Shown here: positions 19,407 through 30,747 of the stretch, one piece after another | Position numbering within the stretch: the first letter of the stretch is position 1 | How the letters are laid out: every line of letters starts with the position of its first letter | Assembly (NCBI GenBank): GCA_040954595.2 | Contig: JBECUI020000036.1 | Span: 62,001 to 126,000 of the forward strand | Length of the DNA stretch: 64,000 bases | Reading direction: 5' to 3' | DNA from: Balanoglossus misakiensis | Taxonomy: Eukaryota > Animalia > Hemichordata | Program-made: the position numbers and the translations under genes | The notes under the pieces: generated by a model | Database searches by the model: none | Told to the model about the DNA's origin: nothing | The model's input: only the letters and a program-made list of their open reading frames with translations

Positions 19407-21377
19407 ATGGAATATTATCAATCTCCTGTTTACAAGAACAGGAAACAGATTCTCAAAACACTAAAAAAACATCAAGTGGCTGTTATCGAGAGCCCAACAG
19501 GATCAGGAAAATCGACTTGCATACCAATTATACTCCATGAAGCAGGCATAACTGATGATGGAATGATCGGAATAACCCAGCCTCGCAGAGTAGCAACCGT
19601 TTCTCTTGCTGAATTTATTGCCAAACAAATCAACTCTCCCATATCTGAGACGGTTGGATACAAAATGCGCTTTGAGGATCATACCAGTGATGTTACGAAG
19701 ATCAAGGTAATGACCGACGGGACCCTCTTACAAGAACTAAAAACCGATCACTTACTAGAGAGCTATAAGGTAATTATTATTGATGAAGCACATGAACGAA
19801 GTCTGACGATTGACTTTATTCTTGGCATCCTCAAGCGAGTTATAAAGGTACGCAAAGACCTAAAAATTATTATTGCTTCAGCAACAATTAATCCGAAACA
19901 ATTCTCACAGTACTTTGACAACTGTCCAATTATCAACATTCAATCAAAACAATTCCATGTTGATGTTCTATACCATGAAATTGCAAAGAATCCTGTTACT
20001 GCAACCAAGCTATTCGATGAGAAAATTGTACAAATTGTTAAGCAGCGCGTACAAAATAATATGTTAGGAGATGTTCTGGTCTTCCTTCCGGGAGAATATA
20101 GTATTAAACAAATATTGAGCATGCTGGAAAGCCAGCAATGGAGCAAGAAAATTGTTGTTTATCCCCTCTATAGTCGCCTCCCAAAAGAAGAACAAGAATT
20201 GGCAGTATTCGAACCCGCACCAGCAGGGGCAATAAAGGTCGTACTGGCAACCAATGTCGCAGAAACAAGCCTGACGATTGACAATATCACTGTTATTATT
20301 GACACTGGCCAGTTTAAGATCAATCGGTACATCCTAAAAACAAGAACCATGACATTGGACGAGGTTCCAATTTCACAGGCATCGGCTATTCAACGCAAGG
20401 GGCGGGCGGGCAGACAGCAAGCAGGTGTTTGCCATCGCCTGTACACAAAAGATGATTTCGATTCTAGAGAGATGTTTACCTCGGCAGAAATTACCCGCAC
20501 AGATCTATCCGAAGTTGTCTTGCGCATGGCGGAACTCGGCATTCATGATTTTAAAAACTTTGACTTTATATCGAAACCGGAAAAGAAAGACATTCAGGCG
20601 GCTGTTGAAACGTTAATACAACTTGATGCCCTGAATAAAGACCACAGCTTGACATCAATCGGACACAGAATGCTCGATTTTCCCCTTGCACCACGACAAT
20701 CACGCATGATCATGGAATCTGTCATTCGCAACCAGAATGCACTTGCCGAGGTGCTTATTGTTGTATCATTTCTCACCTGCCCCTATCCCCATCTCATGCC
20801 TATCGGTGAAGAAAATGCTGCACGGCAGGCACATCGTCGATTCGGTAGCACACTGGGCGACTTTCACACATACATTAAACTCTTTAACCAGTACATACAT
20901 AGTGCAGATAAGGAGGAGTTTTGCTACCAGCACTATATTGACCAGAGAATTATGGGAGAAATTGCCAATGCACGACAACAACTGGAAGAAATTTGCATAA
21001 ATATGGGGGTTAAGATTGGCACAGGGGGAAGCACTAAAGAGTTGTATCTTTCCATTGCACGCGGATTGATTGACTTTATTTGTATCCGGCATAAGAGAGA
21101 TAGTTACCAAACCCTATCAGCACGTAATGTTTATTTACACCCGCGCTCAGTTTTGTTTGGTAAACGTCCTGATATATGCGTTAGCGGCGAAATTGTCCGT
21201 ACATCAAAGATGTACGCATCTTCCATCGGAATACTACGAGTAGAATGGCTAAACGAATTGTCCCCGGGATTAGCTAAAAGGATAAAAACACTGCGGGATA
21301 CGTCGGAGAAGGATTCATCTGATAAACGGCCGTACAAAAAAACTAACCTTGCACAGAAGCGCCGCTCTCGCAGGTAA
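19407..21377 (+). CDS. hrpA: DEAH-box RNA helicase, HrpA-like
   Basis: PTGSGKS, TQPRR, DEAHER, SAT, ATNVAETS, QRKGRAGR. Confidence 0.9.
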   Translation: MEYYQSPVYKNRKQILKTLKKHQVAVIESPTGSGKSTCIPIILHEAGITDDGMIGITQPRRVATVSLAEFIAKQINSPISETVGYKMRFEDHTSDVTKIKVMTDGTLLQELKTDHLLESYKVIIIDEAHERSLTIDFILGILKRVIKVRKDLKIIIASATINPKQFSQYFDNCPIINIQSKQFHVDVLYHEIAKNPVTATKLFDEKIVQIVKQRVQNNMLGDVLVFLPGEYSIKQILSMLESQQWSKKIVVYPLYSRLPKEEQELAVFEPAPAGAIKVVLATNVAETSLTIDNITVIIDTGQFKINRYILKTRTMTLDEVPISQASAIQRKGRAGRQQAGVCHRLYTKDDFDSREMFTSAEITRTDLSEVVLRMAELGIHDFKNFDFISKPEKKDIQAAVETLIQLDALNKDHSLTSIGHRMLDFPLAPRQSRMIMESVIRNQNALAEVLIVVSFLTCPYPHLMPIGEENAARQAHRRFGSTLGDFHTYIKLFNQYIHSADKEEFCYQHYIDQRIMGEIANARQQLEEICINMGVKIGTGGSTKELYLSIARGLIDFICIRHKRDSYQTLSARNVYLHPRSVLFGKRPDICVSGEIVRTSKMYASSIGILRVEWLNELSPGLAKRIKTLRDTSEKDSSDKRPYKKTNLAQKRRSRR

Positions 21378-22407
21378 AAGATGGGAAAATATTGCGTAGA
21401 ATGCTCTCGTCCATATCGACAACCCGTACCCCTTTATGACCAGCGGGAATAATAAGAACAGTTTTCCCGTGCTTCCGTTTCTTATCCATTCCCATTGTCT
21501 TGATGAGATCCTCAATACGTACCGGATACTGAGAGATATACCCGTACAAGTCTAATAGACGCTTGATTCTTGCGGCATACTCTTTGTCTATGAGTTTGGC
21601 TTGGAGTGCATAGGCCGTCGCTACTCGCATTCCCCATGCAACTGCTTCCCCATGCCGTATGCTTAACGCCTGAATTGATTCAACTGCATGAGCAAATGTA
21701 TGCCCGAGATTCAGAACTCGCCGTATATCTGCCTCGTATTCATCTTGTTGAACAATGCTCGCCTTCACCGCAATCGCACGGGGTAAGACTTCATGTTCTA
21801 ACAATCCGAGATCACGATTCTCAATGCGCTCTGCTTCCGTTTCAAGAACTGCCATCAGTTCACTATCGCCAATAATCGCAACCTTTATTACCTCAGCAAG
21901 ACCACTCTTGTATTCTTCCGGAGGCAAACTGAGCAAGTATTCGGGACAAATACGTACTTCATGAGCAGGATAGAAAGTGCCAACCATATTCTTCCACCCA
22001 CCGTAATTAATTGCCGTCTTGCCCCCTATTGCAGCATCAGCCATGGCAAGAAGGGTAGTGGGAATAAACACAAGTCGGATGCCCCGTAAAACAATGCTTG
22101 CCGCAAAGGCAGCTACATCCGTTACAGCCCCGCCGCCGAAGGCAACCAGACAATGGTCTTTGTCTACAGATTTCTGCAGGAGGGCATCAATAATAGCAAA
22201 AAGGCAGGAGCTACTCTTTCCTGCTTCTCCCGACGGAAGGGGTGCCAGCAACTGTGTTTCAGTCCCTGCATCAGTCGGAAGATACTTAATGAGATTCCTC
22301 TCGCTAACAATAGAATATGCACCATTAAAGTGCAAAGATTCCTGTTTATCTACAAAAAAGATCTCAGATCTTCGTCCCGATAACCTCAGGGAGAAAATCG
22401 GATTCAT
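21343..22407 (-). CDS. aroB: 3-dehydroquinate synthase
   Basis: GGGAVTD, PTTLLA, GGKTAIN, LNLGHTFAHA, DKK. Confidence 0.95.
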   Translation of the reverse strand: MNPIFSLRLSGRRSEIFFVDKQESLHFNGAYSIVSERNLIKYLPTDAGTETQLLAPLPSGEAGKSSSCLFAIIDALLQKSVDKDHCLVAFGGGAVTDVAAFAASIVLRGIRLVFIPTTLLAMADAAIGGKTAINYGGWKNMVGTFYPAHEVRICPEYLLSLPPEEYKSGLAEVIKVAIIGDSELMAVLETEAERIENRDLGLLEHEVLPRAIAVKASIVQQDEYEADIRRVLNLGHTFAHAVESIQALSIRHGEAVAWGMRVATAYALQAKLIDKEYAARIKRLLDLYGYISQYPVRIEDLIKTMGMDKKRKHGKTVLIIPAGHKGVRVVDMDESILRNIFPSFTCESGASVQG

Positions 22408-22694
22408 GAACTTGATTTGTCAGGCTTGGGAGAAGTAGCAACCGTTGTATCGGTACTCTTCTCAGACTTTTTTTCCGTAGTCCTTGTTTTCTTCGAAGTT
22501 TCCTCTGATCCAGAACGGGTATCAGTTCGATAAAACCCGGGCCCCCGAAAAATAATCCCTAATCCCTTACCGATGACACGATTAAGTCTCCCCTTACTAC
22601 ATACAGAACAATTCTTATCAACTTCTTCATTGATGCTGTGAAAAATTTCAACTTTTGCTGCACATGCTGTGCACTCATAATCATAGGTCGGCAT
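22404..22694 (-). CDS. FmdB-family zinc-ribbon protein
   Basis: MPTYDYEC..C, C..C, FRGPGFYRTD. Upstream TTGACA, 17 nt, TACAAT. Confidence 0.88.
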   Translation of the reverse strand: MPTYDYECTACAAKVEIFHSINEEVDKNCSVCSKGRLNRVIGKGLGIIFRGPGFYRTDTRSGSEETSKKTRTTEKKSEKSTDTTVATSPKPDKSSS

Positions 22695-22729
22695 ACTGAT
22701 ACCCATTGTATAGTAATGCTCTTATTTTG

Positions 22730-23494
22730 TCAATAATCAAGACGAACCGGAACTTCATGGTCTGATAAATACTGCTTAATTTCAGGTAAATTGTACTCTT
22801 TGTAATGCACCATAGACGCAATTAATGCCGCATCAGCATGTGCATGCCGGAAACACTGCAAAATATGTTCAGGTTTGCCTGCTCCACCGGAAGCTACCAC
22901 GGGAATCCGAACTCCAGTCGAAACTTTTTTAGTTAATGATAATTCGTACCCATTCTTTGTTCCATCAGCGTCGATGCTGTTCAGAACAATTTCACCAGCT
23001 CCCAACCTCTCTGCTTGTTTTGCCCATTGCAGTGCATCCAGATCTGTCTGTTCGCGTCCGCCATGCGTTACAACACGATATCCCGACGGCATACCGGTAT
23101 CAGCCACTGCATCCATGCCAAGGACAATGCACTGATTCCCAAAGCGAGATGCCGCATCTTCAATTAATCTGGGATTTAGCACGGCCTGCGTATTAACACT
23201 GACCTTTTCCGCCCCTGCCATAAGAACCGCATGAATATCATCACTGGTCCTTATACCTCCCCCGACTGAAAACGGAATAAATATGGAAGATGCCACCCGT
23301 TCAACAACTTCTATCATAATGCCGCGTTTTTCTGCCGAAGCGGTTATATCGTAGAATACCAGCTCATCGACACCAGCATGGTAGTACTCCCTTGCCATAG
23401 CAACCGGATCGCCAATATCAATATTATCTTGAAAGCGAATGCCCTTAGTAGTTTTACCGTCTCGAACATCAAGACAAACAATAATACGAAACAT
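22730..23494 (-). CDS. hisF: Imidazole glycerol phosphate synthase cyclase subunit
   Basis: [33 protein letters not shown]. Start moved to ATG 23494. Confidence 0.96.
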   Translation of the reverse strand: MFRIIVCLDVRDGKTTKGIRFQDNIDIGDPVAMAREYYHAGVDELVFYDITASAEKRGIMIEVVERVASSIFIPFSVGGGIRTSDDIHAVLMAGAEKVSVNTQAVLNPRLIEDAASRFGNQCIVLGMDAVADTGMPSGYRVVTHGGREQTDLDALQWAKQAERLGAGEIVLNSIDADGTKNGYELSLTKKVSTGVRIPVVASGGAGKPEHILQCFRHAHADAALIASMVHYKEYNLPEIKQYLSDHEVPVRLDY

Positions 23495-23495
23495 A

Positions 23496-24101
23496 TTAGT
23501 ATTTCTCCAACCAGTTTTGCAGTAATTGCAAACCCCAACGCGCTGATTTCTCCGGGTGGAATTGTGTTGCAACCAGATTATTGCACTTCCATGCAGAACA
23601 GAAGGAGCCACCGTATTCACTCTCTGCAAGAATATGTTTTGATAATGCAGGAGCAGGATAGTATGAATGAACAAAATAAAATGCAGCTCTATCCGGGATA
23701 TCGGTAAAGATCGGATCCCGATAGCGCTGGATTACAGGTGCCCAGCCCATATGTGGAACCTTTACATCGGCCGACAACCGGGTTACCCTGCCGGGAACAA
23801 GTCCTAAACATTTCTGGGAACTCTCTTCCGAATAATCCAGAAAAACTTGTGCACCAATGCAGATGCCGAGTATTGCTTTGCCGGAACTATAGAAATTGCC
23901 AATGGCACTGTCCATCTCCTGTTCCACCAGCGCTCGGTACACACTGCCGGCTTCCCCGACGCCGGGGAAAATCAATCGAGAAAAGGATGAAATATCCTTA
24001 CCTCGTGACACAATAGAAAAGTCTGCTCCCAGATATCTTAGTGCACCGGCAACACTGTGTAAGTTCCCCGCACCGTAATTGATGACAGCGATCTTCTTCA
24101 T
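23496..24101 (-). CDS. hisH: Imidazole glycerol phosphate synthase glutaminase subunit
   Basis: YGAGNL.SV, PGVG, GICIGAQ, YFVHSY, QFHPEKS. Confidence 0.96.
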   Translation of the reverse strand: MKKIAVINYGAGNLHSVAGALRYLGADFSIVSRGKDISSFSRLIFPGVGEAGSVYRALVEQEMDSAIGNFYSSGKAILGICIGAQVFLDYSEESSQKCLGLVPGRVTRLSADVKVPHMGWAPVIQRYRDPIFTDIPDRAAFYFVHSYYPAPALSKHILAESEYGGSFCSAWKCNNLVATQFHPEKSARWGLQLLQNWLEKY

Positions 24102-24949
24102 GGTTCATACTCCATAAATTTTTCTACCACATTAACGACATCTTGTCTACTGAGGAGAACACTCTTTGCATAAATGCTCTTCTGTTCGCGGCGTGCACTG
24201 CCGGATAGCCCCTCTATATACAACAAACCTTCGGGATCATTGCCAAGTAAACGAAAGAGTACTAAAGCAATTTTTGCAGCCGTATCCGACTGTAACTCTA
24301 ATACAATGTTCAATCGCCGATCAGCACTCAGGTAGAGGCGGATACCTGTAAAAATTTCAGCCCACTGATTGGTAAAATAAAATGACATGTCTTGTATAAG
24401 CATAACAAGGTGTTGCTCTTCAAGGAAATACATGTCGGATGGTGCAATGTTTTCTCTTCTATTTAATCCATCATGATAAAGAAGAATAGTATTGTTCTTC
24501 CGTAGCTCGAGATAAAGCAGCTGGTTCTCATCATACCAGAGATTCCAACCAAGTTGTTTCCACTGTTCTCTCTGTAATACAGTTGATACAACTATACGCG
24601 GTATTGTTGCGATAGCTCGAATAAAAAAACCTTGATCAAAGATCGCCAAGTAAACTCTGCTTAACTGAGAAATAAGTGTTTTAGTATCCTGTTCCGATAT
24701 ACCGGGAATAAATTGTTGAATGATGAAGGATGATGTCGGTTCTTCTTCCTGCGGGTAGATGGAAACATACATTGATGCCCCAGCCGGTAAAAAGAGCGTA
24801 TCCAGTGTATCACTTTTCTGGGTTGCACAGGATACAAGCAAGAGACAGAGGATAATACCAATGGATATTTTCCCGATTATCTGTCTACTCTGCCTTTTTA
24901 ATACCCACTGTTCCGGAATTTTCACTGTCAAAATTAAATCCCTCGGCAT
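24098..24949 (-). CDS. Hypothetical lipoprotein (start uncertain)
   Basis: Hydrophobic stretch ending LLLVS-C; fills the gap between ileS and hisH. Confidence 0.65.
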   Translation of the reverse strand: MPRDLILTVKIPEQWVLKRQSRQIIGKISIGIILCLLLVSCATQKSDTLDTLFLPAGASMYVSIYPQEEEPTSSFIIQQFIPGISEQDTKTLISQLSRVYLAIFDQGFFIRAIATIPRIVVSTVLQREQWKQLGWNLWYDENQLLYLELRKNNTILLYHDGLNRRENIAPSDMYFLEEQHLVMLIQDMSFYFTNQWAEIFTGIRLYLSADRRLNIVLELQSDTAAKIALVLFRLLGNDPEGLLYIEGLSGSARREQKSIYAKSVLLSRQDVVNVVEKFMEYEP

Positions 24950-27900
24950 CCGACATCCCATTCCACCGAACGTCACTTGCCAGTGTTTCACCCTTTAAGT
25001 AATCATAAAAGTTCATAATAGCTTGCTTCTGTTCTTCACCTGTAGAAATAAACAAGATAATACGGTCGGTAACCTGCAATCCCTTGTTTTTGCGCATGTT
25101 TTGTACCTGCCGAACCAAATGACGAACCATGCCCTCTTGTTCCAGTTCTTTTGTTATTCGCGTATCTAATGCGACTGTAATTGTTCCTTCATTGAAGACC
25201 CGCATACCTTCTTTCTCAATACGTTCAATAATAACATTATCACTACTGAGTGCCAATGTAGAATCATCGAGGTCAATGTACAACGTCGCTCCAGTAACCA
25301 GCTCATGCACATCATTGGAATCGAGTTCGGCAATCTTCTGTCGTATTATCTTCATAAAAGGAGCAAATTTTTTGCCAAGAACAGCATAGTTTGGCTTGGC
25401 ACGATACTCTACCAGTTCAATCTCGTTCCTTTGATACACAAGCGATTTAACGTTCAGTTCATCGCGAACAACGTCTTCCATTTCCATAAGTACTGTTCGT
25501 TCCTGTTTGTCAGGCGTAACTACGTATAAAGCGGCAAGCGGCTGCCGAGTCTTCATATTATTTAGTCGCCGTAGGGCATGTCCCATCCGAACAACCGTTC
25601 GAGTAATTGCCATCTTTTGCTCAAGCTCTTTATCGCGGAGCGCGGCACTCGCCTGAGGGTAATTACAGAGATGCACCGACTCCGGCATATCCTCTGAGCG
25701 TAAGTTGCGATAAATATGCTCGCTAATAAAGGGAATAATCGGAGCTATTAGATAACAAAATCGCCGAATAACATAACTAAGAACAATGTAGGCATGCTCC
25801 TTGTCAAGATCATTGTCGCTCTTCCAGAATCGTCTGCGTGAACGGCGAATATACCAGTTATTCATCATATCAATGAATTCAACCATGCGGTCAATGGCAT
25901 TCTTTACTAGAAAATTGTCCAATGCATTGCCCATATCTTCGGTGAGCCGCTCAACTTCCGAGATAATCCAGCGATCAAGCAAATTGAATAACTCATCGGG
26001 GAGCTGATCACTTGGTCTAATGCCATCAATATTGACATAGGTTACCAGAAAAAAATAAGAATTCCAAAGTGGAATGATAACTGACTTCAACACATTCCGC
26101 ACCTTGTCATCGGAATACTTTACATCCTCCGCCTGAACAACAACCGATTGCATCAAAAACAGTCGCAGTGCATCACTTCCGTATTTATCAATAACCTCAT
26201 CGGGACTGCTGTAATTGCGGGCGGACTTACTCATCTTTTTTCCATCAGGTGCCAATACAAGTCCGCTTACCACTACATTACGAAAAGCGGGCTTCTCAAA
26301 GAGTGCAGTCGATAGGACCGTGAGCGTGTAAAACCATCCCCGAGTCTGATCAAGCCCCTCGCTGATAAAATCAGCTGGGAAATGGGCTTCAAAGCTATCA
26401 CTATTTTCCATAGGATAATGATTCTGTGCATAAGGCATGGCCCCAGACTCAAACCAACAATCCAGAACTTCCGGAACCCGCTGCATACGCCCGTCGGGAC
26501 CTTCCCACGTTAGCGTATCTACAACGTGCTTATGCAGATCTTGTACCTTCTGACCTGTTCTTTTTTCCAGCTCGGCACGAGAGCCGATAACCTCCATATA
26601 ATCGCTACCCTCGCAACACCATACCGGTATCGGATTGCCCCAATAGCGATTCCGACTGATTGCCCAATCGCGTGCATTCTCCAACCAGAGCCCAAACCGT
26701 CCACTTTGTAGATGTTCAGGGACCCACCGAACAGTCTTGTTTAGCTTTGCCATGAGATGTCGGAACTCACTGACTCGGACAAACCAGGAGCTGACTGCCC
26801 GATAAATAAGAGGCTTCTCACTGCGATAACAGAATGGATAACTATGGAGGATCTGATCTCTCTTAACGAGTTTGCCTTCTTGCCGTAAACGGGCAATAAT
26901 TGCTTTATCCGTATCCTTTACAAACTGGCCGGCATAGTCGGGAACTTCATCAGTAAAGCGACATTCAATATCCACGGGGCAGACAACTGGAATATCCGTT
27001 TCCTGCAACCGGGCAAAGTCCTCTTCTCCGAATCCGACGCCATATGAACGATGCCACATCCATCCTCTACCTGAACAAAGGAGGCATCGAATACACGGAA
27101 TGCACCACGCTCTTCTAGCGACGCAAAATACGGAAAGAGTGGTTCATACTCTTCTCCGACCAGTTCCTTGCCGAGGAAGGAACCGGCAATGACGACATCA
27201 TTCTTATAGTAGCGGGACAGTGCTGCCCGTGCTAAAATATAGTATGAATCGTCATCCTGCACGCGGACATATTCTACATCAGGCGCAATAGCAAGCCCCA
27301 CATTCGACGGCAGAGTCCACGGTGTAGTTGTCCAGGCAAGAAGATAGGTGTCCTTTCGAGATTTCATGCGAAACCGCACGGTTATTGACGGATCATAGAC
27401 ATCGCGATACCCCCCGAGGTTGACTTCAAAGTTTGAGAGTGGTGAAGCAAGACTGGGACTGTAGGGGAGGATACTGTATCCGCGATAGATCAAATCTTTT
27501 TGCCAAAGTTGTTTGAATACCCACCAAATTGATTCCATATATTCCGGATCCATCGTACGATATTCATTCTCAAAATCGACCCATCTCCCCATACGGGTAA
27601 CAACCTTGCGCCATTCCTCAGCATATCGGAGAACGATGGAGCGACAGACATCATTAAAGCGAGCAACCCCATATTCTTCTATTTGTCGTACTCCGGAGAT
27701 TCCCAGTTGTTTCTCTACCTCATACTCCACGGGCAGCCCATGACAATCCCATCCAAAACGCCTCTGCACATAATGTCCTTTCATAGAATAATAACGGGGA
27801 AATATATCTTTTAATGTTCCTGGAACAAAATGTCCGAAATGGGGCAAGCCGGTTGCAAAGGGCGGCCCATCATAAAAAACAAAGGGTTTGCCACCTTCAC

Positions 27901-28021
27901 GTTGCTTTATTGATTTCTCAAAAACATTGTTTTTCTTCCAGAATGCAAGTACATCCTGTTCCAAATCAGGAAAATGCGGTTTTGCTACCACTTCGTCATA
28001 TATTAATTTCTTTGATTTCAT
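24885..28021 (-). CDS. ileS: Isoleucyl-tRNA synthetase type 2, split by a 1-nt frameshift near 27035
   Basis: N-terminal ORF has DGPPFATGLPHFGH and WTTTPWTLPSN. C-terminal ORF has GFGEED, SRNRYWG and KMSKS. One extra G restores GIVHMASGFGEED. Confidence 0.95.
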
Positions 28022-28037
28022 TATCCGTATCTCACTA

Positions 28038-29255
28038 TCAGATTGTGGGCGGGTCATTCTGGATATGTACTCGGTCAATCTCTACATCGTAGCGGTAAAG
28101 AATAAGAACAACATCACTTGGTCCGACATAGGGGAAAGAAAAGCGTCCCCCGGGGTGTTTGCCTCTATACAGGATCCGTTCTTCATTATCCACCACAGCT
28201 CGGGATACAATAGATATATCCGACAAGACCGAATACCGTTCCAATTCAAAAGAAACCAGAGTGGAAATTTCATTTTCACGAGATGCAGGGGGTGCAATAC
28301 TCAGCCGAATAACACTTCCCGGATTCCAAAACATACCCGGATCTGGGAACTGTGCAATAATTGTCCCGGGCGCGGTTTCATCATCAATATTTTCAAGCTC
28401 TGCAAACTCGAAACTAACCGGAAGCCCTGCCTCTGTTAATGCAATAACACCATCCTGATAATCCATGCCGATATAATTTCCAACAATGCTTGCTATCTGT
28501 TGCCTGCCCTTACTAACAATGAGATTCAATTCGGTTTGCTCCACAATCGGAGTTGCAGGGAGAGGTGATTGTTCAAGCACAGTACCTGTCTCCTCCGCAC
28601 TGTATACATACCCAACATCACCAATGGTCAACAATGGCACGCTTTGTCCGGAATAGAGGGTTTGCAAGTCTCGCCGTACTACCGACAATTTCTGCCCTGT
28701 ATAGTCTTGGATCGTTTCCACAACCGCACCCCTACTGACCGTTAACGCAATAATTTTTCCAACCTTTGCGACGGAACCAGCAGATGGTCGTTGATCGACC
28801 ACATGGTCCTTCATACGAGGGTCAGAAAAATAGCGTAATTGAATATTAACATGCATGCCTCGCTCCTGCAAAGCAATGAGTGCATCGGTAATCTTTAATC
28901 CCTCCACGTTTGGCACCTGTACAATCTCGGGACCTCGAAAGAAGGAAAAGAAAACAACAAGTCCTGCGACTATGGATACAAGACAGAGTACCAAAAAAGA
29001 ATATACGAAGGGGTTATGGACCAGTAAGGGTTGCTTCTGTCGAACAGAAGGTTTTGTTCTCGTTATGTCGGCATGCAGAATGCGACTTGTACCTGCACGT
29101 GAGACATTGAATGTATTTCTCCGTGTAGGACTCGCAAGTTTGCTCAGCACTGGTCGGGGGACGATTTTCGTACGTTTCTTTACAAAAAACTGACTAATTG
29201 GTCGAAGGGTTCGACTTATAATAGAATTAGTCTTGCGCTTATATTTCTTTCTCAT
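28038..29255 (-). CDS. PASTA-domain membrane protein
   Basis: One TM helix, then three VPNVEG...Q.P..G...L.VS.G units. Confidence 0.88.
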   Translation of the reverse strand: MRKKYKRKTNSIISRTLRPISQFFVKKRTKIVPRPVLSKLASPTRRNTFNVSRAGTSRILHADITRTKPSVRQKQPLLVHNPFVYSFLVLCLVSIVAGLVVFFSFFRGPEIVQVPNVEGLKITDALIALQERGMHVNIQLRYFSDPRMKDHVVDQRPSAGSVAKVGKIIALTVSRGAVVETIQDYTGQKLSVVRRDLQTLYSGQSVPLLTIGDVGYVYSAEETGTVLEQSPLPATPIVEQTELNLIVSKGRQQIASIVGNYIGMDYQDGVIALTEAGLPVSFEFAELENIDDETAPGTIIAQFPDPGMFWNPGSVIRLSIAPPASRENEISTLVSFELERYSVLSDISIVSRAVVDNEERILYRGKHPGGRFSFPYVGPSDVVLILYRYDVEIDRVHIQNDPPTI

Positions 29256-29281
29256 CAGTCTCTATCCATTACTTATATCAC

Positions 29282-30250
29282 TTATAATAGCACTGTACCA
29301 AGAAAATTATCTACCCCACACAGGAATGAATTCCAATCCAGAACCTTCTTTCCTGCAAGCTGTAAACGGGTTACAAGCAAGAAATCACGAACCGTTGCAA
29401 TAAGGATCCCGCGCCCTTTAACAAGTCCGACCACCTTACCCGGCTGGAGGGGCAGATCTTTGAAGTATCCGGATTCCAAGAGCTTCTCATAGTCAGACAG
29501 GGGAAATATCTCTGCTGCATGAAATTTTATTGGAATATCTCTAAAATGCGCAGTTACCCCCGGCCACGAAGTATAGGCACGTATCATACGTTCAATATAC
29601 ACCGCCGGCATACGCCAATTAATTCTACCATCATCCTTCTTGATGGGAAAACAGTGCAGTACATTGTTCTCATCCTGTTTACGCGGGTTCAGTGTATCTG
29701 CCATAATATCTTGTACAGTTTGCACAAATATCTGCACCGATGCTTTTCCCAACATCAAGGCAATATCCTGACTTGTTTCATTTCCGCACAACTGAAAACT
29801 TTGTTGGGCAATAATATCCCCTGCATCAACCTCTTGAACCATGTAGTGTATACTCAGACCAGCTACAGTATCCCCATTGAGAATGGTTGACTGGATGGGC
29901 GAAGCCCCACGATAACGTGGTAAAAGCGACGGATGAAGATTGATGGCCCCATGACCGAAGAGCGCTAAAAACTTCGGCCCCATGATCCTCCCGTAGGCAG
30001 TACAGAGAAGGAGATCAGGTTGTGATGCACGAATAACCTCCCGTGCCTCCGCGTTCAGACGGGGTGGCTGGAATGTCGGCATATTATTTTCTTCTGCGAG
30101 CTGCACAAGTGCCGATTTCCGTATTTTCTTTCCGCGTCCGGCAACCTTATCTTCCTGTGCAATAACCAGACGAAAGGGAATATGTGGCAAGAGTCCTCGA
30201 AATACCTCCAAGGAAATGTCGGCATCACTTCCGGCAAAAAGAACATTCAT
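29282..30250 (-). CDS. fmt: Methionyl-tRNA formyltransferase
   Basis: AYGRI, NLHPSLLPRYRGASPIQ, DAGDI, DGRINW. Start set to ATG 30250. Confidence 0.95.
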   Translation of the reverse strand: MNVLFAGSDADISLEVFRGLLPHIPFRLVIAQEDKVAGRGKKIRKSALVQLAEENNMPTFQPPRLNAEAREVIRASQPDLLLCTAYGRIMGPKFLALFGHGAINLHPSLLPRYRGASPIQSTILNGDTVAGLSIHYMVQEVDAGDIIAQQSFQLCGNETSQDIALMLGKASVQIFVQTVQDIMADTLNPRKQDENNVLHCFPIKKDDGRINWRMPAVYIERMIRAYTSWPGVTAHFRDIPIKFHAAEIFPLSDYEKLLESGYFKDLPLQPGKVVGLVKGRGILIATVRDFLLVTRLQLAGKKVLDWNSFLCGVDNFLGTVLL

Positions 30251-30740
30251 TGCGTCTCTCGGCATTTGCGATGAAGAAGAATAAGTTCTTCCGTTCTTTC
30301 TCATCAAGATAATCGATAAACATTACCCCATTAAGATGATCAACTTCATGTAGAATAACTCTTGCCAGCATATCAGATGCACGGAGTACAAAGGGTTTCC
30401 CATTTGCGTCCTGTGCCTGTATACGAATGGCAACCGAACGGGAAACATCAGCAAAACAGCCAACAAGACTCAGGCAGCCTTCCGGAGCAATATCTACTTC
30501 CTCAGCAGTAAATACTATGCTTGGATTAATAAAAACTTGAGCATCTTCCATTTCCAACGTTTGCGCAACAAAAATTCGAAGCGAAACATTGACCTGAGGA
30601 GCAGCAAGCCCTACCCCATCCAGCTGTCGCATGGTAATAATCATGTCATTAATTAATTCTCGAATATCATCATCGATATTTTGAACCGGCTGAGCACGTT
30701 TACGGAGGATTTCATTCGGATACTGTACAACTTCAAGCAT
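30225..30740 (-). CDS. def: Peptide deformylase (C-terminus probably frameshifted; true stop about 30247)
   Basis: GVGLAAPQV, EGCLS, HEVDHLNG. Confidence 0.95.
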   Translation of the reverse strand: MLEVVQYPNEILRKRAQPVQNIDDDIRELINDMIITMRQLDGVGLAAPQVNVSLRIFVAQTLEMEDAQVFINPSIVFTAEEVDIAPEGCLSLVGCFADVSRSVAIRIQAQDANGKPFVLRASDMLARVILHEVDHLNGVMFIDYLDEKERKNLFFFIANAERRNECSFCRK

Positions 30741-30747
30741 ACAGTAA

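Noticed and set aside
19407-21377. Truncated HrpA
   Set aside because: All helicase motifs and the following domains are present, and no continuation frame is evident before the convergent aroB.
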